Shown piece after piece: positions 28,676-37,142 of a stretch of 64,000 nt of DNA (position 1 is its first letter; every line of letters starts with the position of its first letter). The notes below the pieces were generated by a model. It made no database searches and was not told the origin of the DNA. It was given only the letters and a program-made list of their open reading frames with translations. A program made the position numbers and the translations under genes. Source of the DNA: Thermoleophilaceae bacterium (GTDB lineage Bacteria; Actinomycetota; Thermoleophilia; Solirubrobacterales; Thermoleophilaceae); NCBI GenBank assembly GCA_030447875.1, contig JAUJOA010000006.1:59648-123647 (forward strand), in the 5' to 3' direction.

Positions 28676-29740
28676 TCAGCCGGCCATGAGCCGCGTGGCG
28701 GCGGCCTTCCATGTCGCCATGACCTTTGCTCCCCGCTCGAGCCCGAGCTCGCGCGCCGAGGCCTCTGTGATCTCCGCCGCAAGCGGCTGGGGCGTCGACA
28801 GCCCGAGCCGGACGCGGTTGCCCACGGCGGTGAGTGAGACGATCTCGGCCGGTAGGCGATTCTGCGCCGAGCCGGCGCGCTCCGCCTCCGGCGGTTCGAT
28901 CGCGATCTCCCACGGGTAGACGCTAAGCGCCACGCGACCGGCGCCCTCGTCGGTCGTTGAGACCTGTCCGCCTCCATCCAAGTCCACGCGAGTGAGCCCT
29001 CCCGCGCCGCCTCGCGCGGTGCCGGACAGCACCACCGCGCCGGTGAAGTCGGCCACGAACGCCGACCGCGGCTGGGCGGCCAGCTCCGAGGCTCGCCCCT
29101 CCTGCACTACCCGACCACCGTCGATTACGGCCACGCGATCGGCGAGCATCGCCGCCTCGGTGAAGTCGTGAGTCACGAGGAGAGTCGGCACGTCGAGCCG
29201 GTCGATTGTCGAGGACAGCTCACGTGTCGCGCGCGCCCGCGTGCGTGCGTCGAGCGCCGACAGCGGCTCGTCGAGGAGCAGCGTCGCGGGCCGGCGGGCG
29301 AGCGAGCGCGCCACGGCCACTCGCTGGCGCTCCCCCCCGGAGAGGCTGCCCGGCCGGGCATCTGCCACGTGGCCAACACCGAAGCGCTCGAGCAGCTCCA
29401 TGGCGCGCTCGTGGCGCCGGCGGCGCGTGACGTCGCGGAACCCGTACGCCACGTTCTGCCACGCGCTGAGGTGCGGAAAGAGCGCGTAGTCCTGGAAGAC
29501 GTAGCCGCAGCGTCGCCGCTCCGGTGGCAGGTCGAGTTCTCGGCCCGTGTCGAGCCAGATCTCGTCGCCGCAGCTGACCCAACCGCTGTCGGGGCGAAGG
29601 AGACCGGCGGCCACGCGGAGAGCCGTCGTCTTCCCGGCTCCCGAGGGACCGGCAAGGGCGAGGCACTCTCCGCGCGAAACGGCCACGGCCACGGCGACGC
29701 TGAAGTCGCCGAGGGTGGCCTCGACCTCAACCCGCAGCAC
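28676..29740 (-). CDS. modC: Molybdate ABC transporter ATP-binding protein
   Basis: 354 aa. GPSGAGKTT Walker A, LSGGERQRVAVARSL, C-terminal TOBE/Mop-like domain. Last gene of a modA-modB-modC run. Confidence 0.85.
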   Translation of the reverse strand: MLRVEVEATLGDFSVAVAVAVSRGECLALAGPSGAGKTTALRVAAGLLRPDSGWVSCGDEIWLDTGRELDLPPERRRCGYVFQDYALFPHLSAWQNVAYGFRDVTRRRRHERAMELLERFGVGHVADARPGSLSGGERQRVAVARSLARRPATLLLDEPLSALDARTRARATRELSSTIDRLDVPTLLVTHDFTEAAMLADRVAVIDGGRVVQEGRASELAAQPRSAFVADFTGAVVLSGTARGGAGGLTRVDLDGGGQVSTTDEGAGRVALSVYPWEIAIEPPEAERAGSAQNRLPAEIVSLTAVGNRVRLGLSTPQPLAAEITEASARELGLERGAKVMATWKAAATRLMAG

Positions 29741-30530
29741 CGGCTACCACCGATGAGCCGGCCAGCAGCTTGACCGCCAGCAGGATCGCCCCGGACAGCG
29801 CCACGAGCACGGCGGAGAGCGCCAGCGCGCCCGTGAAGTCGCTCCCGAAGCGCTCCACGATGGCAAGCGGCGCGGTCTGCGTCACCGCCTGGAGCGAGCC
29901 CGCGAACACCAGCGTCGCCCCGAACTCGCCCAGGGCGCGGCCCCAGGCGAGCGCGGTCCCCGAGGCCAAGCCGGGCATCGCCGCCGGCACGGCCACCCGG
30001 AGGAAGGTGCGGGCCTCGCTCGCGCCGAGCGTGCGCGACGCCTCGAGCCAGCTTCGGTCGAGCGCACCGAAGGCCGCCTGCGCCTGGCGGATGTAGAAGG
30101 GGCTGGCGACGAAGGTGAGCGCGACCACGACGCCGGCCGTCTCGAACACGAGCTGAACGCCGGTGCTCTCCACGAGGTCGCCAAGCAAGCCGCTCGGTCC
30201 AACGGCGGCAAGCAGGCCGATCCCCGCCACGGCCGGCGGCAGCACGAGCGGCAGCTCGATGAGCGTCACCACGACCGACCGTCCTCTGAAAGAGCGGGTG
30301 GCCAGCCCGTAGGCGGCCGGCGTCCCGATGACCAGGATGAGCAGCAGCGCGATGCCGGTCGCCCTGAGGCTCAGCCACAGCGCATCGAGTGCCGCCGGCT
30401 CGCGAAGGCTGCGCACGAGCTCCGCGGGCGAGGTGTCTACGAAGACGGCGGCGATCGGAAGCGTGAGAAAGAGGAGCGTCACCGCTAGCGCCACGGCGAC
30501 CCCGGCCCCGAACAAACGGCCGCCGCTCAT
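29727..30530 (-). CDS. modB: Molybdate ABC transporter permease
   Basis: 267-aa polytopic membrane protein with a CysTW/ModB-type EAA loop (EASRTLGASEARTF). Overlaps both neighbours. Confidence 0.85.
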   Translation of the reverse strand: MSGGRLFGAGVAVALAVTLLFLTLPIAAVFVDTSPAELVRSLREPAALDALWLSLRATGIALLLILVIGTPAAYGLATRSFRGRSVVVTLIELPLVLPPAVAGIGLLAAVGPSGLLGDLVESTGVQLVFETAGVVVALTFVASPFYIRQAQAAFGALDRSWLEASRTLGASEARTFLRVAVPAAMPGLASGTALAWGRALGEFGATLVFAGSLQAVTQTAPLAIVERFGSDFTGALALSAVLVALSGAILLAVKLLAGSSVVAGAAG

Positions 30531-31291
30531 CTGGGGGCCGGCTCGAAGCCGGCTTCCTCGAGCGCGCGAGCGCCATCGCCGGAGCGGAGCCCGTCGACGA
30601 ACTGTCGGGCCGCCGCGGGGTTCGCGCCGCCGCGAACGACGGTCGCCGCGTACGCCACCCGCGGCTGTAGCCGCTCCGGAAGGGCAACGGATCGGAGCCG
30701 GCCCTCGCTGGCCACGACGTCCGACTCGTAGACGAAGCCCGCCTCGGCGGCGCCCTGGGTGAGCTTCCCGACGATGGACTTCACGTCGGGCTCCTCGGAG
30801 CGCACGTTTGCGCGTATCGCCCGCTCCTCGGCTTTGGGGAGGCGGCCGAGCACCGCGCGTGTGTAGGAGCCGATCGGAACCGCTAGCGAGCCAACCACCA
30901 GATCCAGACCCGGCTCGGTGAGCTCTGTGACCGACTCGAGGCTCGAGCCCGCGGGCACCGCCAGCACGAGCGTGTTCGTGGCGAAGGCGGTCGGTCGCTC
31001 CACCAGTCCCTCCTCGAACAGTTCCCCGGGCAACCGGGTGTTGGCGGCGGCGTAGACATCGGGCTTCACGCCTTGACGGACCTGAGCGGCCAACTCGTTG
31101 GACCCGCCGAACGAGAAGCGGACGTCTATCGGAGCGAGCTTCGGCCCGTAGTCCTCAAACGGCTCGGTCAGCGACGCGGCGGCCGAGACCGTCAGCTCTT
31201 GCGTGTCGCCGTCCCCGTCCCCGCCACAGGCGCCAGTGGCGGGCGCCGCGAGTACAAAGCCAAGGACCAGGACGGCGCGCCAAGCGGTCAG
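30527..31291 (-). CDS. modA: Molybdate-binding periplasmic protein/lipoprotein; probable non-canonical CTG start
   Basis: The ModA-like sequence extends about 66 codons upstream of the first canonical start (TTG 31093). It includes the signal/lipobox TAWRAVLVLGFVLAAPATGAC and SAAASL. The only start-like codon there is CTG at 31291, which overlaps the upstream TGA stop (CTGA). Confidence 0.7.
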   Translation of the reverse strand: MTAWRAVLVLGFVLAAPATGACGGDGDGDTQELTVSAAASLTEPFEDYGPKLAPIDVRFSFGGSNELAAQVRQGVKPDVYAAANTRLPGELFEEGLVERPTAFATNTLVLAVPAGSSLESVTELTEPGLDLVVGSLAVPIGSYTRAVLGRLPKAEERAIRANVRSEEPDVKSIVGKLTQGAAEAGFVYESDVVASEGRLRSVALPERLQPRVAYAATVVRGGANPAAARQFVDGLRSGDGARALEEAGFEPAPR

Positions 31292-31689
31292 AACGAGCCT
31301 CGTTCGACCATGACGGACGTGGACTTGACCGTGGCGATGGCGCTCGTACCCGCCATGAGCCCGAGCTCCTCGATTGCATCGCGGGTGATCACGGCCGTGA
31401 CGCGGAAGGGGCCGGCCTCCAGCTCCACGATCCCCATCACGCCGTCCACCTCCACGGACCGAACCACGCCGGCGAAGCGGTTCCGTGCCGACAGGTTGTC
31501 GCCGGTCGCATGGCGATCGGGTCGCGAAGTGAGCCGCTCGACCTCGGTCGCCGGCACGCGGCGCCGGTTGTGCTCGTCGCGTGTGGTGGTGAGCTTGCCG
31601 GCGCGATCCCAGCGGCGCAGCGTGTCGGCGCTGACGCCGATGGCCTGGGCGGCCTCCCCAAGAGTCAGCTCCCGCATATGCATAAGCAT
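31288..31689 (-). CDS. MerR/excisionase-type HTH fused to a TOBE/Mop molybdate-binding domain (molybdate-responsive regulator candidate)
   Basis: N-terminal LTLGEAAQAIGVSADTLRRWDRAGKL HTH. C-terminal SARNRFAGVVRSVEVDGVMGIVELEAGPFRVTAVIT TOBE motif. First gene of the mod operon. Confidence 0.75.
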   Translation of the reverse strand: MLMHMRELTLGEAAQAIGVSADTLRRWDRAGKLTTTRDEHNRRRVPATEVERLTSRPDRHATGDNLSARNRFAGVVRSVEVDGVMGIVELEAGPFRVTAVITRDAIEELGLMAGTSAIATVKSTSVMVERGSF

Positions 31690-31751
31690 TGCATAGGCAA
31701 GGTTCCGTTGACGCGGCGGACTACCATCTGTCGTGTGCGGGAGGGGGCTTC

Positions 31752-34118
31752 ATGCATAGGTTGATCGCTGTGATCGGCGCCTTGGGCGCCATGCTGTTCG
31801 CCGCGCCGGCGGCGCAGGCCGAGGTCACGAGCGTCTTCGGAGAGCGCGTCCCGTGCGAGCAGAAGGCCGACGGCCTTCGCTTCTGTCAGGGGTCGATCGA
31901 GAAGCGAGTGCCCACCTTCGACGGCATCCCGCTCGACGCCAACGTCACCCTCCCCGCGGCGCCGGCGGAGGGGCCCGACGGCGACTACCCGCTGATCATC
32001 CAGCTGCACGGCTACGGCGGGCGGAAGAGCGGCTTCGAGGGCACCAAGCGCTGGGCCGAGCGCGGCTACGCCGTTCTCAGCTACACGGCGCGCGGGTTCG
32101 GCGATTCGTGTGGGTCGCTGAAGTCGCGGGCGACCGCCGCCTGCGCGCGCGGCTGGATCCACCTGGCCGACTCGCGCTACGAGGCGCGCGACTCGCAGTA
32201 CCTCGCCGGGCTGCTCGCCGACGAGGAGACCGGGGAGGACGATTTCCTGATCGATCCCCAGCGCGTCGGCGTCACGGGAGTCTCCTACGGCGGCGGCCAG
32301 TCGATGGAGCTCGCGGCTTTGAAGGACCGGATCATGAAGCTCGATGGCACGCTCGAGCCGTGGAAGAGCCCGAGTGGAAAGCCGATGCAGATTGCGGCCG
32401 CCGCCCCGGAGATCCCATGGAGCGACCTCGCCTACTCGCTGGTCCCGAACGGCCGGACGCTTGACTATCGAGCCGACAATCCTTACGGCCGCCGGATCGG
32501 GGTCGAGAAGCTCAGCTTCGTCTCGGGCCTTTACGCCTTGGGCCAGGCCTCTTCCGGCTACTACGCGCCGCCGGGGGCCGACCCACGCGCGGACCTGACC
32601 ACATGGTTCGCGTCGATCAACGCGGGCGAGCCTTACGACGGGCGGCGTGACATCGAGGGCATCGTCAACGAGATCACCCGGTACCACTCCGCCTACTACA
32701 TCGACAACTCACGGGCTCCGGCGCCGCTCTTCATCGCCAATGGCTTCACGGATGACCTCTTCCCCGTCGATGAGGCGATCCGCTTCGAGAACCGGACCCG
32801 GGCCAAGCACTCTGAGGCTGATGCACCGATCTCGCTGATGTTCCTGGACTACGGGCACCAGCGCGGGCAGAACAAGGCGAACGATCTCGCGCTCAAGAAC
32901 GAGCGGATCGAGGCGTGGTTCGACTATTACCTAAAGGGTCGTCAGGGCGATGAGCCGTCGCACGGTGTCGAGGCGCTGACCCAGACGTGCGGCAAGGAGG
33001 CTCCCTCGGAGGGCCCGTTCAGCGCCGGCAGCTGGAACGCGTTGAGCCCGGGGGAGGTTCGCTTCTCCGGGGCCGGGGAGAAGACGATCGTCTCGAGCGC
33101 AGGGGACCCGGCGACCGCTCGAGCCTTCGACCCCATTGCTGGGGGCGGGGCGTGCGCCACCACGAGCGCGGCCGATCAGCCGGGAACCGCCACGTACCGG
33201 CTGCCGAAGCTCGCCGGCAAGAGCTACACGCTCATGGGCTCGCCGACGGTGATAGCCGACATCGCCTCGCCGTTCCCGAACGCGCAGATCGCGGCGCGCC
33301 TGCTCGACGTGGCGCCGGACGGCACCCAGCGACTGGTCGCCCGCGCGCTCTACCGGCCGGACTCGAGCGGCCGGCAAGTCTTCCAGCTCCATGCCAACGG
33401 CTACAAGTTCGAGGATGGGCACCAGGCCAAGCTCGAGCTGCTCGGCAAGGACGAGCCCTACGGGCGCCCCTCGAACGGCGCCTTCACGGTCGGCGTCTCG
33501 AACCTGGAGCTTCGCCTGCCGGTGCTCGACGAGCCCGACGGCGAGACGGTCCTCGAGCCAAAGGACGACTTCACTCCCGGCGCCGGTGGCGGAGGCGGCG
33601 GAGGCGGAGGCGGCGACACAGTGAGCTGCGAGGGGCGCCCGGCGACCATCACCGGCACCCCCGGCAGCGACGACATCGAGGGGACGCCAGGGCCCGATGT
33701 GATCGCCGCACGGGGGGGCGACGATGACATCGAGGGCCGTGCCGGCGACGACCTGATCTGCGCGGGCCGCGGAGACGATCGGATGGACGGCGGGCGCGGT
33801 GTCGACCGGATCTTCGGACACCGGGGCGCGGACGCGATGCGCGGCGGCGCGGACGACGACCGTCTAAAAGCTGGAACCGGCGACGACCGAGTCCGCGGCG
33901 GTAAAGATGCCGATCGGTTGCGCGGCGGCAGCGGCGATGACGACCTCGAAGGCGGCGGCGGCAGCGACCGGCTCAAGGGCGGCGGCGACCGCGATCGCTT
34001 GTCCGGAGACAGCGGGCGGGACACCCTCGACGGGGACCGCGACCGGGACCGGTGCGACGGCGGTGGTGGGAAGCACGACCGCGCCAGGAGCTGCGAGAGG
34101 ACCACCGGCGTGCCCTAG
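31752..34118 (+). CDS. Secreted CocE/NonD (S15)-type alpha/beta hydrolase with a C-terminal RTX-like calcium-binding repeat domain
   Basis: Signal MHRLIAVIGALGAMLFAAPAAQA. Hydrolase core with GVTGVSYGGGQSMELA. Gly9 linker, then GGxGxD-type nonapeptide repeats (GGDDDIEGRAGDDLICAGRGDDRMDGGRGVD...). Confidence 0.7.
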   Translation: MHRLIAVIGALGAMLFAAPAAQAEVTSVFGERVPCEQKADGLRFCQGSIEKRVPTFDGIPLDANVTLPAAPAEGPDGDYPLIIQLHGYGGRKSGFEGTKRWAERGYAVLSYTARGFGDSCGSLKSRATAACARGWIHLADSRYEARDSQYLAGLLADEETGEDDFLIDPQRVGVTGVSYGGGQSMELAALKDRIMKLDGTLEPWKSPSGKPMQIAAAAPEIPWSDLAYSLVPNGRTLDYRADNPYGRRIGVEKLSFVSGLYALGQASSGYYAPPGADPRADLTTWFASINAGEPYDGRRDIEGIVNEITRYHSAYYIDNSRAPAPLFIANGFTDDLFPVDEAIRFENRTRAKHSEADAPISLMFLDYGHQRGQNKANDLALKNERIEAWFDYYLKGRQGDEPSHGVEALTQTCGKEAPSEGPFSAGSWNALSPGEVRFSGAGEKTIVSSAGDPATARAFDPIAGGGACATTSAADQPGTATYRLPKLAGKSYTLMGSPTVIADIASPFPNAQIAARLLDVAPDGTQRLVARALYRPDSSGRQVFQLHANGYKFEDGHQAKLELLGKDEPYGRPSNGAFTVGVSNLELRLPVLDEPDGETVLEPKDDFTPGAGGGGGGGGGGDTVSCEGRPATITGTPGSDDIEGTPGPDVIAARGGDDDIEGRAGDDLICAGRGDDRMDGGRGVDRIFGHRGADAMRGGADDDRLKAGTGDDRVRGGKDADRLRGGSGDDDLEGGGGSDRLKGGGDRDRLSGDSGRDTLDGDRDRDRCDGGGGKHDRARSCERTTGVP

Positions 34119-34151
34119 GTCGGCCGCGGTGCCTCGGCCTATCCTGAGTCG

Positions 34152-35534
34152 ATGGCGGAGATGTCGGATCGGCAGCGACGACTTCGCTCGCTGCCGTCGG
34201 TCGAGGCACTGGCCGCACGGCTCCACGGCGTGCCGCATGCGATGGCCGTGCGCGCGGCGCGCGAGGTCATTGCCCTGCGTCGGGACACGATGGATCTCGG
34301 GACGATGGACGGCGATGACGCCCAGGCGCTCGACCGACTCGAGACGGACGCGAGGGAGCGAGCCCGTGCCGCGATGCACCCGGCGCTCCGCCCGGTCATC
34401 AACGCGACCGGCGTGATACTGCACACGAACCTGGGTCGCGCACCGCTCGCGCCGGCGGCCATCGACGCGGTGAGCAGCGTGGCCACGGGCTACTCGAACC
34501 TCGAGTACGAGCTGGCGGAAGGTCGGCGCGGCTCTCGCCACGCGCATGTCGAGGCGCTCCTGTGCGAACTGACGGGCGCGGAGGCGGCCATGGTCACGAA
34601 CAACTGCGCGGCGGCCGTGCTCCTCGCCACCGCCGCGCTCGCTAGCGGTCGCCAGGTGATCGTCTCACGCGGGCAGCTAATTGAGATCGGCGGCTCCTTC
34701 CGCGTGCCCGAGGTGGTCGGGCAGTCAGGCGCGCGGCTGGTGGAGGTGGGCACTACCAACCGCACGCGGCTCGATGACTACGAACGGGCCGTCGGCCCCG
34801 AGACCGGCGCGATCCTGCGCGCCCATCCGTCGAACTTCCGCACGCTCGGATTCGTGGAAGAGGTCTCGATCGAGGACCTGTGCGGACTCGCCCGACGCGC
34901 GGGCCTGCCCGTGATCGACGACGTAGGCTCCGGGGCGCTTGGCGAGGGGATTCCCGAGTTGGCCGACGAGCCCTCAGTCCGGGGCTCGGTCGCCGCGGGC
35001 TCCGCGCTCGTCTGCTTCTCGGGCGACAAGCTGCTCGGCGGGCCCCAGGCGGGACTCCTGGTGGGCTCGACGGACGCCGTGGCTCGCTGCCGTGCCCATC
35101 CGCTGGCGCGCGCCGTTCGGCCCGACAAGCTGTCGCTCGCCGCCCTCGAGTCAACGCTCGCGCTCTACCGGGATCCGGCTCTTTCGGCGCGGGAGATTCC
35201 CGTTCTCCGGATGCTGACGGCCGGGGAGGAAGAGCTCCGCGAGCGCGCCGACCTGATGCGCGCAGCGCTGGCCGAGGGCGGCGCCTGCGCGCGCGTGATG
35301 ACGGCTGCGGCCAAGGTCGGCGGCGGGGCGCTGCCGTTGCTCGAGCTCGAGGGGCCGGTGTGCGCGGTCGACCCCGGCGCCATGGAGCTCGACGAGCTGA
35401 GCCGGCGGTTGCGAACCGGTGAGCCGCCGGTGATCGCCCGCGCTCGCGAGGGCTGGCTGATGCTTGATCCGCGCACGCTGAACGATGCCGAAGCCCACGC
35501 GGCCGCGGGCGCCGTCCTCGCCGCGCTCGGCTAG
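34152..35534 (+). CDS. selA: L-seryl-tRNA(Sec) selenium transferase
   Basis: 460 aa. LRSLPSVEAL, INATGVILHTNLGRAPL and the PLP-lysine region FSGDKLLGGPQAG. Confidence 0.9.
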   Translation: MAEMSDRQRRLRSLPSVEALAARLHGVPHAMAVRAAREVIALRRDTMDLGTMDGDDAQALDRLETDARERARAAMHPALRPVINATGVILHTNLGRAPLAPAAIDAVSSVATGYSNLEYELAEGRRGSRHAHVEALLCELTGAEAAMVTNNCAAAVLLATAALASGRQVIVSRGQLIEIGGSFRVPEVVGQSGARLVEVGTTNRTRLDDYERAVGPETGAILRAHPSNFRTLGFVEEVSIEDLCGLARRAGLPVIDDVGSGALGEGIPELADEPSVRGSVAAGSALVCFSGDKLLGGPQAGLLVGSTDAVARCRAHPLARAVRPDKLSLAALESTLALYRDPALSAREIPVLRMLTAGEEELRERADLMRAALAEGGACARVMTAAAKVGGGALPLLELEGPVCAVDPGAMELDELSRRLRTGEPPVIARAREGWLMLDPRTLNDAEAHAAAGAVLAALG

Positions 35535-35544
35535 CCCGACGACC

Positions 35545-37128
35545 GTGTCCCACTCGACCGACCTCCCGCCGCTGACGCTCGGAACCGCCGGGCACATCGA
35601 TCATGGGAAGACCGCGCTCATCGCCACGATGACGGGCAAGGACACGGATCGGCTGCCCGAGGAGCACCGGCGGGGCATCTCGATCGAGCTCGGCTACGCC
35701 CCGCTCGAGCTTCCGAGCCGGCGGCGGCTCTCGATCGTCGACGTGCCCGGACACGAGCGCTTCGTCCGCACGATGGTGGCGGGCGCGACCGGCATCGATC
35801 TCTTCCTCCTGTGCGTAGCGGCCGACGACGGCGTCATGCCGCAGACGCGCGAGCACCTCGCCGTCCTTCGTCAACTGGGCGTGGAGACCGGCGTGGTGGC
35901 GATCACCAAGGCGGATCTGGCCGATCCCTCGCTCGCCGTGGAAGAGGTGGCCGAGCTGCTGCCCGGCGTCGAGGTGGTGGCCGTCTCGGTGCGAGCCGGT
36001 ATTGGCATCGACGAGCTTCTCCACGCGCTCGATCGAGTGAGCGCGTCCGTCTCGCCCCGGTCGGCCGACGATGACGGTGCCCGCCTCCATGTCGATCGGT
36101 CGTTCACCCTCCGGGGGATCGGAACGGTCGTGACCGGCACGCTGTGGTCGGGTGGGGTGGCCCGCGGAGACGAGGTGAGGGTGCTGCCGCGTGGTCTCTC
36201 CGGGCGCGTGCGGTCCGTGCAGGTGCATGACGAGCCCGTGGAGCGAGCGGAGGCCGGTCAGCGGGTTGCGCTCAACCTCGCGGGGGTCGCCTGGCGAGAG
36301 CTCGGCCGGGGCGACGTGATCGTCGGGGCGGGTGCAAGGGTGGCTCCGACCTACCTCATCGACGGCGCCATCTCGGTGGAGGCCGGCGCCCGTGAGATCG
36401 TGCGCGGCACGCGCGTGCACGTTCATCACGGCACCCGTGAGGCGCCCGCCCGGGTCGTCCCGCTCGACGGCGATGTGCTCCGCCCCGGCGAGCGTGCGTA
36501 CGCTCAGTTGCGCCTCGAGGCGCCCCTCGTCCCGGTGCCCGGAGACCACTTCGTGATCCGACAGCTCGCTCCGCCGGACACGATCGGCGGAGGGACGGTC
36601 ATCGACCCGCGGCCGCGCAAGCACGGCGCCGGACAGGAGGTGGTCGACCGGTTGACCGCCCTCGAGCGGGGGGAGGAACCCACCGGCAAGAGGGTCGAGA
36701 AGGATCCTCCGGCGCCCGCCGGGAATGGCGCGCTACGATCCGCGCCCGCCGAGACGGTTCTCGAGGAGACCGACCTGCGCATGGCGGCCCTGCTTCGCGC
36801 GGATGGCCGAGAGCCGCGCACGGACTCTGACCTGGCGGAGGCGGCGGGGCTGTCGCCCGCCGATGCCACAGACCATCTCCGCCGGCTCGCGCGCGCCGGT
36901 CAGGCGGTTCGGGTCGGCCGAAACCTGCACTTCCACCCCGAGCCGCTGGCGGAGCTCGAGGCGGAGATCACAGCCATCTGCGAGCGCGACGGGGAGGCGA
37001 CGATCGCGCGGGTTCGCGACGAGCTCAGAACCTCACGGAAGTACGCCCAGGCAATCCTCGAGCACATGGACGCCGCCAAGCTGACGGTTCGGCGTGGTGA
37101 TGCTCACGTGCTTCGCCGCAGGCGGTGA
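35545..37128 (+). CDS. selB: Selenocysteine-specific translation elongation factor
   Basis: [18 protein letters not shown]1 motif, DVPGHERF, and a C-terminal winged-helix region. I chose GTG 35545, just after the selA stop. Confidence 0.88.
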   Translation: MSHSTDLPPLTLGTAGHIDHGKTALIATMTGKDTDRLPEEHRRGISIELGYAPLELPSRRRLSIVDVPGHERFVRTMVAGATGIDLFLLCVAADDGVMPQTREHLAVLRQLGVETGVVAITKADLADPSLAVEEVAELLPGVEVVAVSVRAGIGIDELLHALDRVSASVSPRSADDDGARLHVDRSFTLRGIGTVVTGTLWSGGVARGDEVRVLPRGLSGRVRSVQVHDEPVERAEAGQRVALNLAGVAWRELGRGDVIVGAGARVAPTYLIDGAISVEAGAREIVRGTRVHVHHGTREAPARVVPLDGDVLRPGERAYAQLRLEAPLVPVPGDHFVIRQLAPPDTIGGGTVIDPRPRKHGAGQEVVDRLTALERGEEPTGKRVEKDPPAPAGNGALRSAPAETVLEETDLRMAALLRADGREPRTDSDLAEAAGLSPADATDHLRRLARAGQAVRVGRNLHFHPEPLAELEAEITAICERDGEATIARVRDELRTSRKYAQAILEHMDAAKLTVRRGDAHVLRRRR

Positions 37129-37142
37129 GTTGGTACCAGCTG

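Noticed and set aside
33585-33614. GGC/GGA microsatellite-like run
   Set aside because: It is in frame and encodes a Gly9 linker between the hydrolase domain and the RTX-like tail. It is not an independent repeat element or a CRISPR-like feature.
34119-34151. Expected tRNA-Sec (selC) adjacent to selAB
   Set aside because: The gaps on both sides of selAB are under 35 nt. Nothing nearby has a tRNA-like fold.
34753-36624. 623-aa reverse ORF antisense to selA and selB
   Set aside because: It has no recognisable motifs and extreme Arg/Pro/Gly content. The forward frames are textbook SelA and SelB.
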